Source: Gammaproteobacteria bacterium
GTDB lineage: Bacteria > Pseudomonadota > Gammaproteobacteria > UBA4575
DNA: 64,000 bases
Assembly: GCA_965262455.1 (NCBI GenBank)
Contig: CBDHFH010000003.1
Coordinates: forward strand, 94,360 to 158,359
Reading direction: 5' to 3'
Shown: one piece after another, positions 49,471-59,243 of the stretch
How positions within the stretch are numbered: the first letter of the stretch is position 1
Layout: every line of letters starts with the position of its first letter
The notes under the pieces: generated by a model
Databases searched by the model: none
Seen by the model: only the letters and a program-made list of their open reading frames with translations
What the model was told of the DNA's origin: nothing
Made by a program: the position numbers and the translations under genes

Positions 49471-50940
49471 TTATGTCACCTGCTCAGCCATGGCCGCTGC
49501 ACGTAATACGGCTTTGGCTTTATTCAATGTTTCAACCCATTCGTTGTCGGGCACTGAGTCATACACAATGCCAGCACCTGCCTGGACGGAGATGGTGCCA
49601 TTTTTAATTAATGCGGTGCGAATGGCGATGGCAGTGTCCATATCCCCTTGCCATGAGATATAACCAATTGCACCCGAATATACCCCGCGTTTGATCGGCT
49701 CTAGTTCGTCGATAATTTCCATGGCGCGAATCTTCGGCGCGCCGGATACAGTGCCGGCGGGGAAAGTGGCTTTAAGTACATCCATGCACGATTGGCCTGA
49801 CGCGAGTATACCTTTAACGTTGGATACGATATGCATAACATGAGAGTAACGCTCGACAATCATTTTATCAGTTAACTCTACACTGCCTACCTCTGCAATA
49901 CGGCCAATATCATTACGCCCCAAATCAATTAACATTAAGTGTTCAGCGAGTTCTTTAGGATCGGCCAGCAATTCCTGTTCTAATTCCAGATCATGCTGCT
50001 CATCTTTGCCGCGTGGACGTGTGCCTGCGATGGGACGTACAGTCACCTCATCACCTTCTTGTCGGACAAGAATCTCAGGTGAAGAACCAACAATTTCAAA
50101 AGATCCCAAATTCATGTAGTACATATAAGGCGAGGGATTTAAGCGTCGCAAATGACGATACACATCAATCGCCTGTCCTTTGAAATTGGCATTTAAACGT
50201 TGTGACAACACTACTTGCATCACATCGCCTGCGGTAATGTACTGCTTGGCTTTTTCAACAGCCTGTTTAAATCCTGCTTCACTAAATCCAGATACAAAAT
50301 CTAATTCGCGAATAGACTCATGACTGACATCCAACGGCTGTGAGGACGACGATGATTGCAACGCTGAAGCCAGCTCATCAATACGTGCCTGCGCTTGATT
50401 GTACTCACTCTCTTGTGCAGATACTAACACGACAATATAGGCAGTACCTTTTAAGCTATCGAACACTAAAATTTCACGTGACAACATAAATAATATGTCA
50501 GGTGTTGCGAATTCATCAGGGTTAGTACATGCACCTAATTTAGGCTCAATGTAACGAATGGTGTCGTAACCAAAGTAACCCACCAGACCACCGACAAAAC
50601 GCGGCAATGCATCAAGCTCTGGCACATTAAAGCGTGCGCGATACTCATCAAGCCATTGCAGAGGTTCATTATGTGTTAACTGCTCAATACAAGTATCATC
50701 TCGAAATACTTCGATAGTATTGCCTCGCACCTGGATATGCTCATGACATTGCAAGCCAATAATGGAATATCTGCCCCATCTTTCCCCTCCCTGAACAGAT
50801 TCAAACAGGAAGCTATAACTGCAATTAGCCAGTTTTAAATAAGCGCTTAAAGGTGTATCCAAGTCAGTCGCGACTTCGCGATAGACAGGAATGTGGGTGT
50901 AGCCTTGTCGGACTAGATCAGAGAATTGTTGTTTGTTCAT
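49471..50940 (-). CDS. trpE: Anthranilate synthase component I
   Basis: 489 aa; chorismate-binding motifs ([41 protein letters not shown]). Confidence 0.9.
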   Translation of the reverse strand: MNKQQFSDLVRQGYTHIPVYREVATDLDTPLSAYLKLANCSYSFLFESVQGGERWGRYSIIGLQCHEHIQVRGNTIEVFRDDTCIEQLTHNEPLQWLDEYRARFNVPELDALPRFVGGLVGYFGYDTIRYIEPKLGACTNPDEFATPDILFMLSREILVFDSLKGTAYIVVLVSAQESEYNQAQARIDELASALQSSSSSQPLDVSHESIRELDFVSGFSEAGFKQAVEKAKQYITAGDVMQVVLSQRLNANFKGQAIDVYRHLRRLNPSPYMYYMNLGSFEIVGSSPEILVRQEGDEVTVRPIAGTRPRGKDEQHDLELEQELLADPKELAEHLMLIDLGRNDIGRIAEVGSVELTDKMIVERYSHVMHIVSNVKGILASGQSCMDVLKATFPAGTVSGAPKIRAMEIIDELEPIKRGVYSGAIGYISWQGDMDTAIAIRTALIKNGTISVQAGAGIVYDSVPDNEWVETLNKAKAVLRAAAMAEQVT

Positions 50941-50977
50941 GTGTGTTTAAGTTCATAGTTGTTAAAGCGTCGAAGAA

Positions 50978-51040
50978 TTATTTGGCATACCTTTGCCAAC
51001 TAACTCGCCATCGCCAACTGTTACTATGACATGTAAACAT
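50978..51040 (-). CDS. trpL: Candidate trp operon leader peptide (MFTCHSNSWRWRVSWQRYAK; 3 Trp in 20 aa)
   Basis: Small minus-strand ORF 38 nt upstream of the trpE ATG containing tggcgatggcga (W-R-W-R) and a third Trp. A weak hairpin uuggcaaagguaugccaa plus U-rich tail overlaps its stop. Not in the ORF track because it is under 60 aa. Confidence 0.35.
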   Translation of the reverse strand: MFTCHSNSWRWRVSWQRYAK

Positions 51041-51095
51041 GGTCTGAACTCTATTTGATGTTGTTTTATTAATTTATGAATGACTCTTACCAAGC

Positions 51096-51761
51096 TTATA
51101 GCATAAGCATTAATTCATTTAAGCTATGCACTTGGATGGGTTGATACTTTTCAATACAAACGCCGCGATTATAGCCATAGGACACATAAATTGCACCCGT
51201 TCCAGCCGCATTCGCGGCCGCCATGTCGGTTTGCGAGTCACCAATCATATAACCTCCTGTGGGATCGCCACCCAACAATCGGACCGCCTCTAACACCATT
51301 GCAGGATCAGGTTTCTGTGTGGGCATATCATCGCCACAAACGAGCGCATTAAAATACTGTGCCATAGATAATTTTTCTAACAAGGGCGGTGTGAATTTTC
51401 TAGGCTTATTCGTTACACATGCAATAGGAATATTTTTGCTAGACACATGTTGTAATAACTCAATACAACCAGGATAAACAATCGTTTTTACTGCGATATT
51501 TTTTTCATACGCAGCAAAAAAAAGCTGTTTAGCTTGCGCAAATTGTTTCTCACTTGGCGCTGCTTGCATGGCATAGGTGAGTGCTCTGTCTATTAATTTT
51601 GCCGCGCCATTGCCTATCCATGTTCTTGCGACAGCCTCGTCAACACTATCAAGCGTTAACGCCACTAACATTTCATTCAAGCTATATGTAATATCAGGCA
51701 CACTATCAACTAAAGTGCCATCTAAATCGAAACACAGCCAATCAGGATTAAGTGTTTGCAC
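51096..51761 (-). CDS. gph: Phosphoglycolate phosphatase (HAD superfamily)
   Basis: 221 aa; HAD motifs (FDLDGTLVDS, VTNKP, GDSQTD). Between rpe and trpE, as in Pseudomonas. Confidence 0.8.
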   Translation of the reverse strand: MQTLNPDWLCFDLDGTLVDSVPDITYSLNEMLVALTLDSVDEAVARTWIGNGAAKLIDRALTYAMQAAPSEKQFAQAKQLFFAAYEKNIAVKTIVYPGCIELLQHVSSKNIPIACVTNKPRKFTPPLLEKLSMAQYFNALVCGDDMPTQKPDPAMVLEAVRLLGGDPTGGYMIGDSQTDMAAANAAGTGAIYVSYGYNRGVCIEKYQPIQVHSLNELMLML

Positions 51762-51812
51762 GTATGCTTGCCTGCCATATTAAACAGCACATCAAAATAA
51801 AGTGTCGCTTTG

Positions 51813-52502
51813 CTAACTGGCTTTAGACAGTTCTGCGCGCATTGCAGCAATCGTCTGCGCGTAATTGTCTGCATTAAAAATTGCCGACCCTGCAACGAAG
51901 GTATCTGCACCCGCGGCTTTAATACGCCCAATGTTATCGACTTTAACCCCACCGTCGACTTCCAAACGAATCGGGAAGCCTGATTGATCAATTAAGGCAC
52001 GTGCAGCAGTTAATTTTGCAATAGTTGATTCAATAAAAGCTTGCCCGCCAAAGCCAGGATTGACTGACATGAGTAACACCATATCTACTTTATCAAGCAC
52101 ATAATCCAGGTAATGCAATGGCGTTGCAGGATTAAACACCAATCCACTTTTGCAGCCAGCATCACGCACTAGCTGAAGACTGCGATCAATATGCTCACTA
52201 GCCTCGGGATGAAACGTGATGTAACTGGCACCCGCTTGGGCAAAGTCCTCAATCAAACGATCCACTGGTGACACCATTAAATGCACATCAATGGGCGCTG
52301 TCACACCATGTTTTCTTAATGCGTCACAGACTAATGGCCCAATAGTTAAATTTGGCACATAGTGGTTATCCATTACATCAAAGTGGACAATATCAGCACC
52401 AGCAGCCAATACATTGTCCACCTCTTCACCTAGACGCGCGAAATCTGCAGACAGTATTGAAGGTGCAATCCAGTTTTCCATATTGCTCATGCCAGTGCCC
52501 AT
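51813..52502 (-). CDS. rpe: Ribulose-phosphate 3-epimerase
   Basis: 229 aa; [44 protein letters not shown]. Confidence 0.9.
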   Translation of the reverse strand: MGTGMSNMENWIAPSILSADFARLGEEVDNVLAAGADIVHFDVMDNHYVPNLTIGPLVCDALRKHGVTAPIDVHLMVSPVDRLIEDFAQAGASYITFHPEASEHIDRSLQLVRDAGCKSGLVFNPATPLHYLDYVLDKVDMVLLMSVNPGFGGQAFIESTIAKLTAARALIDQSGFPIRLEVDGGVKVDNIGRIKAAGADTFVAGSAIFNADNYAQTIAAMRAELSKAS

Positions 52503-52692
52503 AATTCATCAAAGAGGTTACTTTAACGTAGGCCTCACGCTTTTGCATGTGTAAAAGCAATTGGCATTCAGTTTTACTCTGCGAAAATAATATAAACCAA
52601 GTTACATAAGTAATTTCGGTGATATAGCCATCTAATCTGATCTATAATTAACGGCTATTCAATCAGGTCTCAACAAAACCAAACATGTAATT

Positions 52693-53175
52693 ATGGATAT
52701 AGAACCCTATTATTTTTCTATTGCGATCACATTACACTCACTCGCCGCCGTTGTATGGGTGGGCGGCATGTTTTTCGCTTATATGGCTTTACGCCCGGTG
52801 GCGGCTAAATTACTAGAACCTGCAGTAAGACTGTCATTATGGTCTCGTACTTTATCGCGTTTTTTCATTTGGGTCTGGCTGACTGTCATTATCATTCCTG
52901 TTACCGGGTATTGGATGATCTTTTCAGCGTTTAATGGCTTTGCTGGCGTTTCATGGTATGTGCATGTAATGCAAGCACTCGGGATTGTTATGATTTTAAT
53001 TTTCTTGCATGTGTTTTTCGCGCCATTTAAAAGACTTCGTCAGGCCGTGAATGAAGAAAATTATCAAGAAGGTGGGAAAAGCCTGGCACAGATAAGAAAA
53101 CTTGTCGGCATTAATTTGTTAATCGGCTTAATTACAATCTTCACCGCAGTCGGGCTGGAACATATACCCCTGTAA
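52693..53175 (+). CDS. CopD/HemJ-superfamily 4-TM membrane protein (possible copper-resistance-D-like or HemJ-like protoporphyrinogen oxidase)
   Basis: 160 aa, 4 predicted TM; conserved His in TM1 context HSLAAVVWVGGMFFAYMALRP, shared by the CopD and HemJ families. Cannot be resolved without a profile search. Confidence 0.45.
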   Translation: MDIEPYYFSIAITLHSLAAVVWVGGMFFAYMALRPVAAKLLEPAVRLSLWSRTLSRFFIWVWLTVIIIPVTGYWMIFSAFNGFAGVSWYVHVMQALGIVMILIFLHVFFAPFKRLRQAVNEENYQEGGKSLAQIRKLVGINLLIGLITIFTAVGLEHIPL

Positions 53176-53284
53176 ACTGATTGCATTGTAATCTGACCAG
53201 ATTAAAAAGCCGCCGCTAGTTCCCCAGGACGGCTTTGATGTAAGTAAGTTAAATTTGCTGTCTAGCGCTAATCAGTAGGTTGAT

Positions 53285-53593
53285 TTACTGACAAGCGAGG
53301 CTTGCATAGTAAGCCGATAGATTTGCAATATCATCATCACTAAGCCCCGCTACCATTGGTGCCATTTGCGCATTTTTACGGGTTCCATCTCTAAATGCTG
53401 TGATTTGCGCAACCAGATATTGCTCTTTCTGACCCGCTAAGTTTGGCCAAATTGGAGTAGGACTGATTCCAGTACTACCATGACATGCGGCACATACCGC
53501 TGATTTTGCTTTACCAGCCTCGATATCGCCCGCATGTGCTGTAGCTGCAACGAGTGCCGCAGCCGCCACTAATCCTTTCAATAACAACTTCAT
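53285..53593 (-). CDS. Class I c-type cytochrome (c5/c552-like), periplasmic
   Basis: 102 aa; signal peptide, haem motif CAACHG, distal Met region (QMAPMVAGL). Confidence 0.75.
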   Translation of the reverse strand: MKLLLKGLVAAAALVAATAHAGDIEAGKAKSAVCAACHGSTGISPTPIWPNLAGQKEQYLVAQITAFRDGTRKNAQMAPMVAGLSDDDIANLSAYYASLACQ

Positions 53594-53780
53594 TATCCAT
53601 GACTCCTTAAGTTAAAAATATGAATCCTAAAAAAAGCGCATGCATTGTACAATTAACCGCTTAATTCACAAACCTTATAGTCATTTTGTATGATATACAT
53701 CATGTTGTCATGCAACATAAACACATCAAGTTTGTTCATTCGCTCTGTTACAATAAGGTTTTGCTTAAATTCACCTCTAT

Positions 53781-54098
53781 ATGACTCTGTTTCATCAGCT
53801 AGGTTTCTTACGTATTTCATTATTGCTGCTGGGTATTTTAGATACACTGATCGCGCCTGAGCCCGGCACCTATGCTGTTAAACATGGCATAGAGGTCATT
53901 CCTACACTAGTTGCTCCCGCCGCGGCACCGATAATATTGATGGTCATTTTATTTGATGCGCTAATGTCTAAAATACGTGCTAGCGATGCGCAAGGAGTAG
54001 AACGCAAAAAATTCAGACACATCATGTGGACTGAGTTGGCTGTGGTAGCGTTTATGCTGATGGGTTGGTTGCCGTATTATTTAGCATTGGGCCAGTAA
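53781..54098 (+). CDS. Hypothetical small membrane protein
   Basis: 105 aa, 2-3 hydrophobic helices; ends 6 bp before the Gate-domain gene. Start uncertain. Confidence 0.3.
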   Translation: MTLFHQLGFLRISLLLLGILDTLIAPEPGTYAVKHGIEVIPTLVAPAAAPIILMVILFDALMSKIRASDAQGVERKKFRHIMWTELAVVAFMLMGWLPYYLALGQ

Positions 54099-54104
54099 AT
54101 ACAT

Positions 54105-55337
54105 ATGCTCGGCTGGTTTTGGTCAGGTTGTATTGTCTTATCATTTTTCGCATGTATTATTCAGCTAACAATTTTTGGCAATCAAGAAATCTTTTCTCAA
54201 GTTACCACCACTTTATTTAACACCGCCAAACTCAGCGTAGAAATTGCCATCGGCTTAATTGGTCTTATGGCCATCTGGCTAGGTTTTTTTAAAATCGCAG
54301 AACGCGCAGGGTTAGCAAATTTAATTGCACGTTTACTTGACCCACTGTTTCGCAAACTAATGCCAGAAGTGCCAAGTAATCATGCAAGTATCGCTGCAAT
54401 TACCATGAACATGGGAGCGAATGTGTTAGGTTTAGATAACGCTGCCACTCCGTTGGGCATTCAGGCAATGAAAGACTTGCAGTCTATTAACCATCACAAA
54501 GATACTTTATCTAATGCACAAATTTTATTTTTAGTTCTCAACACCTCGTCGGTGACAGTCATTCCAATAACTGTGTTTTTATTTCGCGCCCAGCAGGGGG
54601 CTGCACATCCAACGGAAGTATTTATACCGATTTTAGTTGCTACCTTTACTTCAACAATTGCCGGCCTATTAAGTGTTGCTTTCGTACAAAAACTGCCACT
54701 ATTAAATAAAACCGTTATCAGTTATTTGCTGTTGTTCAGCGCTATTCCGCTGTTACTCACAATGTATTTTCTTTCTTTGCCCAAAGATCAAATGAGTACA
54801 CAGGCACAACTGATTGCCAACTTTGTATTATTTAGCATTATTACGCTATTTTTAATCAGTGGCTGGACCAAAAAAGTTAATGTCTATGACGCCTTTATCC
54901 AAGGCGCTAAACAAGGGTTTGGCACAGCCATCAAGCTAATACCTTACTTGGTGGCCATGTTGCTAGCGATTGCATTATTAAGAGCCAGTGGCATTTTAAG
55001 TGCATTAATGACTCTCGTAAGCAGTCTATTGACACACTTGAATATTGACGACTCCTTTATAGAAGCATTGCCAACTGCACTCATGAAACCCTTTAGTGGT
55101 AGCGGCGCTCGAGCGGCCATGTTAGAAGTAATGCAAGCTGAAGGAGTAGACTCTTTTCCGGCCAAAGTCGCCGCTGTGATGCAAGGCAGCACGGAAACAA
55201 CATTTTATGTACTAGCTGTCTATTGCGGTGCAGTAGGCATCACAAAAATTCGTTATGCAATGACGTGCAGTTTATTTGCCGATGCGGCAGGTATTTCAAT
55301 GGCAATATATATTTCGTATGTGTTTTTTGCCAGCTAA
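54105..55337 (+). CDS. Nucleoside-recognition (Gate) domain membrane protein, two Gate domains (SpmA/SpmB-like fusion)
   Basis: 410 aa polytopic membrane protein with duplicated Gate-like segments (VEIAIGLIGLMAIWLGFFKIAERAG... and ...LIPYLVAMLLAIALLRASG). Confidence 0.65.
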   Translation: MLGWFWSGCIVLSFFACIIQLTIFGNQEIFSQVTTTLFNTAKLSVEIAIGLIGLMAIWLGFFKIAERAGLANLIARLLDPLFRKLMPEVPSNHASIAAITMNMGANVLGLDNAATPLGIQAMKDLQSINHHKDTLSNAQILFLVLNTSSVTVIPITVFLFRAQQGAAHPTEVFIPILVATFTSTIAGLLSVAFVQKLPLLNKTVISYLLLFSAIPLLLTMYFLSLPKDQMSTQAQLIANFVLFSIITLFLISGWTKKVNVYDAFIQGAKQGFGTAIKLIPYLVAMLLAIALLRASGILSALMTLVSSLLTHLNIDDSFIEALPTALMKPFSGSGARAAMLEVMQAEGVDSFPAKVAAVMQGSTETTFYVLAVYCGAVGITKIRYAMTCSLFADAAGISMAIYISYVFFAS

Positions 55338-55352
55338 TAGTGTTCAATGCAC

Positions 55353-56342
55353 TCAGATAGCAACGATTTGACGACCTTCGACATGACCTTGTAACAGGCG
55401 CTCAAATGCTTCGGTGAGATTGTCTAGTGTCACCTCAGCAAAACAGACTCTTTCAATGTCTTTGGGTTTAAATTCGTTAGCAAGTTTATTCCAAATTTGT
55501 TTGCGCAAGGCATGTGGACACGCTGCCGAGGTCACGCCAATTAAACTGATGCCACGCAGAATAAAGGGCATCGTGGAGGTTTCGATGTTGACCCCTCCCG
55601 CCATACCAACACTAACAATATTTCCCCAAGGCTTGATACATTTGGTTAACCACGCAAGTGTCTCACCTCCTAAATTATCAATCGCGCCCGCCCAACGCCC
55701 CTTATGCATGGGCGATTTATCAATTTTTACTTGCTCTGGAGAAATAATCTCGTTGGCACCAAGCATAGACAAATAATCATGCGCCGATTGTTTTCTAGTC
55801 ATAGCGACAACGCTATAGCCGAGCTGACTGAGTAATTGCACGGCGAAACTACCGACTCCTCCGGTTGCACCTGTAACTAGTATTGGCCCTTGCTCGGGTG
55901 TTTGATGGTTGTCTTGCAACCGCTGAATAGCTAATGCTGCGGTAAATCCCGCTGTCCCAATAATCATAGCCGTTCTGGTATTTAAGCCTTCAGGCATGCT
56001 GATTATCCAATCAGCCGGAACACGCACATATTCGCTGTAGCCACCATCATGTACTTCACTTAAGCCACTACCATTCACTAATACTGTTTGACCTTGCTTA
56101 AATAGATTGCTGTCAGAAGACACCACTTGACCAGCTAAATCAATGCCACCATTTAATGGCGATGCACGTAAAATTTTGCCTTTGCCTGTCCCGGCAAGTG
56201 CGTCTTTGTAATTGACACTGGAATACTCGACTTTAATTACTACGTCACCTGCCGAGAGATCGTCGAGTGTGAGTGTTTCTATGCCGGCGCGCTCAAATTC
56301 ATTTTGCGCGTGAATACGAAATGCTTTAAATGATGCGTGCAT
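55353..56342 (-). CDS. YhdH/AcuI-family MDR NADPH-dependent oxidoreductase (putative acrylyl-CoA reductase / quinone oxidoreductase)
   Basis: 329 aa; MDR-family Rossmann motif (VTGATGGVGSFAVQLLSQLGY), N-terminal MHASFKAFRIH...LTLDDLSAGDVVIKV typical of YhdH/AcuI. ATG overlaps the purK stop (TAATG). Confidence 0.75.
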   Translation of the reverse strand: MHASFKAFRIHAQNEFERAGIETLTLDDLSAGDVVIKVEYSSVNYKDALAGTGKGKILRASPLNGGIDLAGQVVSSDSNLFKQGQTVLVNGSGLSEVHDGGYSEYVRVPADWIISMPEGLNTRTAMIIGTAGFTAALAIQRLQDNHQTPEQGPILVTGATGGVGSFAVQLLSQLGYSVVAMTRKQSAHDYLSMLGANEIISPEQVKIDKSPMHKGRWAGAIDNLGGETLAWLTKCIKPWGNIVSVGMAGGVNIETSTMPFILRGISLIGVTSAACPHALRKQIWNKLANEFKPKDIERVCFAEVTLDNLTEAFERLLQGHVEGRQIVAI

Positions 56343-57475
56343 TATGCGTCTGGGTTCATCATGCGATTATAAACGCGTTGAGCATGTGTTAGCGCGTCGG
56401 TAGTATTATCGGCCATAACATTGAAATGCCCCATCTTACGTCCGGGCTTGGCGCCTGACTTACCATACAAATGAACTTTTATATTCACATCGTCAAACAA
56501 GCTTGCGGATGGAAACACATTATCTTTCCAAGCATCACCTAATATATTCACCATCGCGACGCTACAATAGTTTTGTGTATCTGCTGGTACCCAGCCACAA
56601 ATCATACGTACCTGTTGTTCAAATTGAGACACTGGGCATGCATCCATCGTGTAGTGACCGCTATTGTGTACACGTGGCGCAATTTCATTAACTAATAGGC
56701 GATCATCTTGATCAACAAAATATTCCACTGCCAGAATGCCTACGTAATCAAGTTCTTCTGCAATTCGCTGGGCAATTTCACAGGCGTAGGTTTGAAGTTC
56801 TATCGATACTTTTGCAGGCACTGAACTGATATGCAAAATACCATTTTTATGTTCATTGCGTGCAACCGGAAAGAAACAAACTTCGCCTTGGTCGTTACGC
56901 CCAAACACGACAGAAATTTCGCATTGAAGCTGAATCCGTTCCTCAAGAATACAAGACACTTCTCCGAATGAAGCAAACGCCTCAAGCGCCTCTTGTGCAT
57001 TGTTCACGACTTGCTGTCCCTTACCATCGTAGCCAAATTCTGCGGTCTTAATAATACACGGCCAATTCATATGTTGCGTCTGATTTAAATCTTCTTGTGA
57101 ATTGACTGCAACAAACTTAGAGGTGGGAATACCTAAATCATTGACAAAGGTTTTTTCGCGAATGCGATTTTGTGCGACATACACCGCATTAGGATTGGGA
57201 CACACGGTGCAATAGCTTTGCAAGTATTCCAATGTTTTAGCCGGAATGTTTTCAAATTCTGTCGTGACCACGGCACACGCCTGACCAAATTCCTTAAGCG
57301 CTTCGTAATCGTCATAGGGGGCTTGTATATGCCGCGCAGATACTTCTCCGGCAGGACTCTCTTCATTGGGATCAAACACCCATACTTGATATCCCATATC
57401 GGCCGCCGCAAGCGCAAACATTCTGCCCAGCTGACCGCCGCCGAGCATGCCTAGTATTGAGTCAGGCCCAATCAT
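56342..57475 (-). CDS. purK: N5-carboxyaminoimidazole ribonucleotide synthase
   Basis: 377 aa ATP-grasp; ILGMLGGGQLGRMF, PCIIKT..GYDGKGQ. Confidence 0.9.
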   Translation of the reverse strand: MIGPDSILGMLGGGQLGRMFALAAADMGYQVWVFDPNEESPAGEVSARHIQAPYDDYEALKEFGQACAVVTTEFENIPAKTLEYLQSYCTVCPNPNAVYVAQNRIREKTFVNDLGIPTSKFVAVNSQEDLNQTQHMNWPCIIKTAEFGYDGKGQQVVNNAQEALEAFASFGEVSCILEERIQLQCEISVVFGRNDQGEVCFFPVARNEHKNGILHISSVPAKVSIELQTYACEIAQRIAEELDYVGILAVEYFVDQDDRLLVNEIAPRVHNSGHYTMDACPVSQFEQQVRMICGWVPADTQNYCSVAMVNILGDAWKDNVFPSASLFDDVNIKVHLYGKSGAKPGRKMGHFNVMADNTTDALTHAQRVYNRMMNPDA

Positions 57476-57575
57476 GTAAAAATACTTTAGGTGAGAGGTT
57501 ATAGATTTCTTTACTGGACATCATGTGACTTGAAAACAAAGTGTTACACAACAATGATTAATCATTACTTGTGTA

Positions 57576-58061
57576 TTATTTTGGCGGCAATACTTTTGCC
57601 ATTACTTGAGAACGCTGGTTGTCTCTAAAAGCACTAAGTTGCTTATCAAGTTCGACGTCATTATTCGCTAACATGGCCACGGCAAATAGCGCTGCATTGC
57701 TTGCCCCCGCTTCACCAATGGCAAAGGTTGCTACCGGTACGCCTTTAGGCATTTGCACAATCGATAATAGTGAATCCTGACCTTGTAAATGTTTGCTTGG
57801 CACCGGCACACCCAATACAGGCACCGTGCTAATCGCTGCTGCCATACCCGGCAAGTGAGCTGCGCCTCCGGCACCCGCGATAATGCAGGCTAATCCACGC
57901 TGTTTCGCACTACTGGCATATTCGTATAGATAGTCGGGTGTACGATGCGCGGACACCACTTTGCATTCATACTCTACGCCAAATTGCGTAAGTACATTGG
58001 CAGCGTTTTGCATGACATTCCAGTCACTGTCGCTGCCCATTATAATTCCCACTTTAGCCAT
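57576..58061 (-). CDS. purE: N5-carboxyaminoimidazole ribonucleotide mutase
   Basis: 161 aa; [28 protein letters not shown]. Confidence 0.95.
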   Translation of the reverse strand: MAKVGIIMGSDSDWNVMQNAANVLTQFGVEYECKVVSAHRTPDYLYEYASSAKQRGLACIIAGAGGAAHLPGMAAAISTVPVLGVPVPSKHLQGQDSLLSIVQMPKGVPVATFAIGEAGASNAALFAVAMLANNDVELDKQLSAFRDNQRSQVMAKVLPPK

Positions 58062-58217
58062 TGATTATGCGGTTCCGCCGAGAAAAAACGCGCATTTTCC
58101 TCTTTTTGACCCTTGAACGCCAGTAATAATGGCCTAAAAATGGCTTTAAAATGCAAATCAAGCGTATGCATTTGGCATTAATCACTCTACAATTCGCGTC
58201 TTTTTTTAGGAAAAATC

Positions 58218-59114
58218 ATGTCATCAACGCTCTTCGAAACGGAATTCACCTCATTACCGCTGCTGCATAGAGGCAAAGTGAGGGATATCTATGAAATTGA
58301 TGACCACCATATGCTTATTGTGGCAACCGACCGTATTTCAGCCTTTGATGTCATCATGCCTAATCCGATACCTAACAAAGGCGCTTTACTTACCCAGGTA
58401 TCCAATTTTTGGTTTGAACGTTTTGCAGATTTGATCCCCAACCAGGTCAGCAGTATGACAGTTGAAGACTTAACGCTTACAGATCAGGAGCGCGAACAGG
58501 TAACTGGCCGCTCGGTGATTGTAAAACGTTTACAGGCATTACCCATTGAAGCAATCGTGCGCGGGTATTTAATTGGCTCTGGCTGGAAAGAATACCAGCA
58601 CAAACAATCCGTATGCGGTATTGCATTACCCGCTGGCATTCCACTGGCAGGCAAATTACCACACACTATGTTTACCCCTTCCACTAAAGCGGCAGCAGGT
58701 GAACACGATGAAAATATTTCCTTCGCACAGGCGTGTGAACTAGTTGGTGAAGAGATCGCTACCCAAGTGCGTGATGTGAGTATTCAGTTATACGAAAATG
58801 CGGCCGAGTATGCACTAACTAAAGGGATTGTGATTGCGGACACAAAATTTGAATTTGGTTTAGACGATCAAGGCAGACTGACGTTAATAGATGAGGTCCT
58901 TACTCCAGACTCGTCGCGCTTTTGGCCGGCGGATGAATACATCCCAGGTAAAAACCCGAGTAGTTTCGATAAACAATACATCCGAGATTATCTAGAGACA
59001 TTAGATTGGAATAAAAAAGCGCCAGGGCCAGAACTACCGGAGGAAATAATTCGCAACACACAACTGAAGTACCAGGAAGCCACAAGCAAACTATTGGGAT
59101 CAGATTCCACCTAG
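58218..59114 (+). CDS. purC: Phosphoribosylaminoimidazole-succinocarboxamide (SAICAR) synthase, long form
   Basis: 298 aa; GKVRDIY, LIVATDRISAFD, ADTKFEFG motifs. Confidence 0.9.
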   Translation: MSSTLFETEFTSLPLLHRGKVRDIYEIDDHHMLIVATDRISAFDVIMPNPIPNKGALLTQVSNFWFERFADLIPNQVSSMTVEDLTLTDQEREQVTGRSVIVKRLQALPIEAIVRGYLIGSGWKEYQHKQSVCGIALPAGIPLAGKLPHTMFTPSTKAAAGEHDENISFAQACELVGEEIATQVRDVSIQLYENAAEYALTKGIVIADTKFEFGLDDQGRLTLIDEVLTPDSSRFWPADEYIPGKNPSSFDKQYIRDYLETLDWNKKAPGPELPEEIIRNTQLKYQEATSKLLGSDST

Positions 59115-59243
59115 CCCCTCTGTAACCCCTCTGTAGTCCCGCTATAGTCACGCTATACAATTATTGCCCAGAAACTGGATTAGACCTCAGTTTAAGCGCT
59201 ATCTGTTCGCTACAATAGCGCCAATTTTAAACACTCATCTCGT

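Noticed and set aside
53653-53847. 64-aa minus-strand ORF
   Set aside because: It lies in the cytochrome-c promoter region and overlaps the + strand membrane-protein ORF. No RBS or homology.
58062-58217. Possible PurR box in the divergent purE/purC promoter (aaatgcaaatcaagcgtatgcattt)
   Set aside because: Only a loose resemblance to the ACGCAAACGTTTGCGT consensus. Cannot be supported without a motif scan, and Pseudomonas-like lineages lack PurR.
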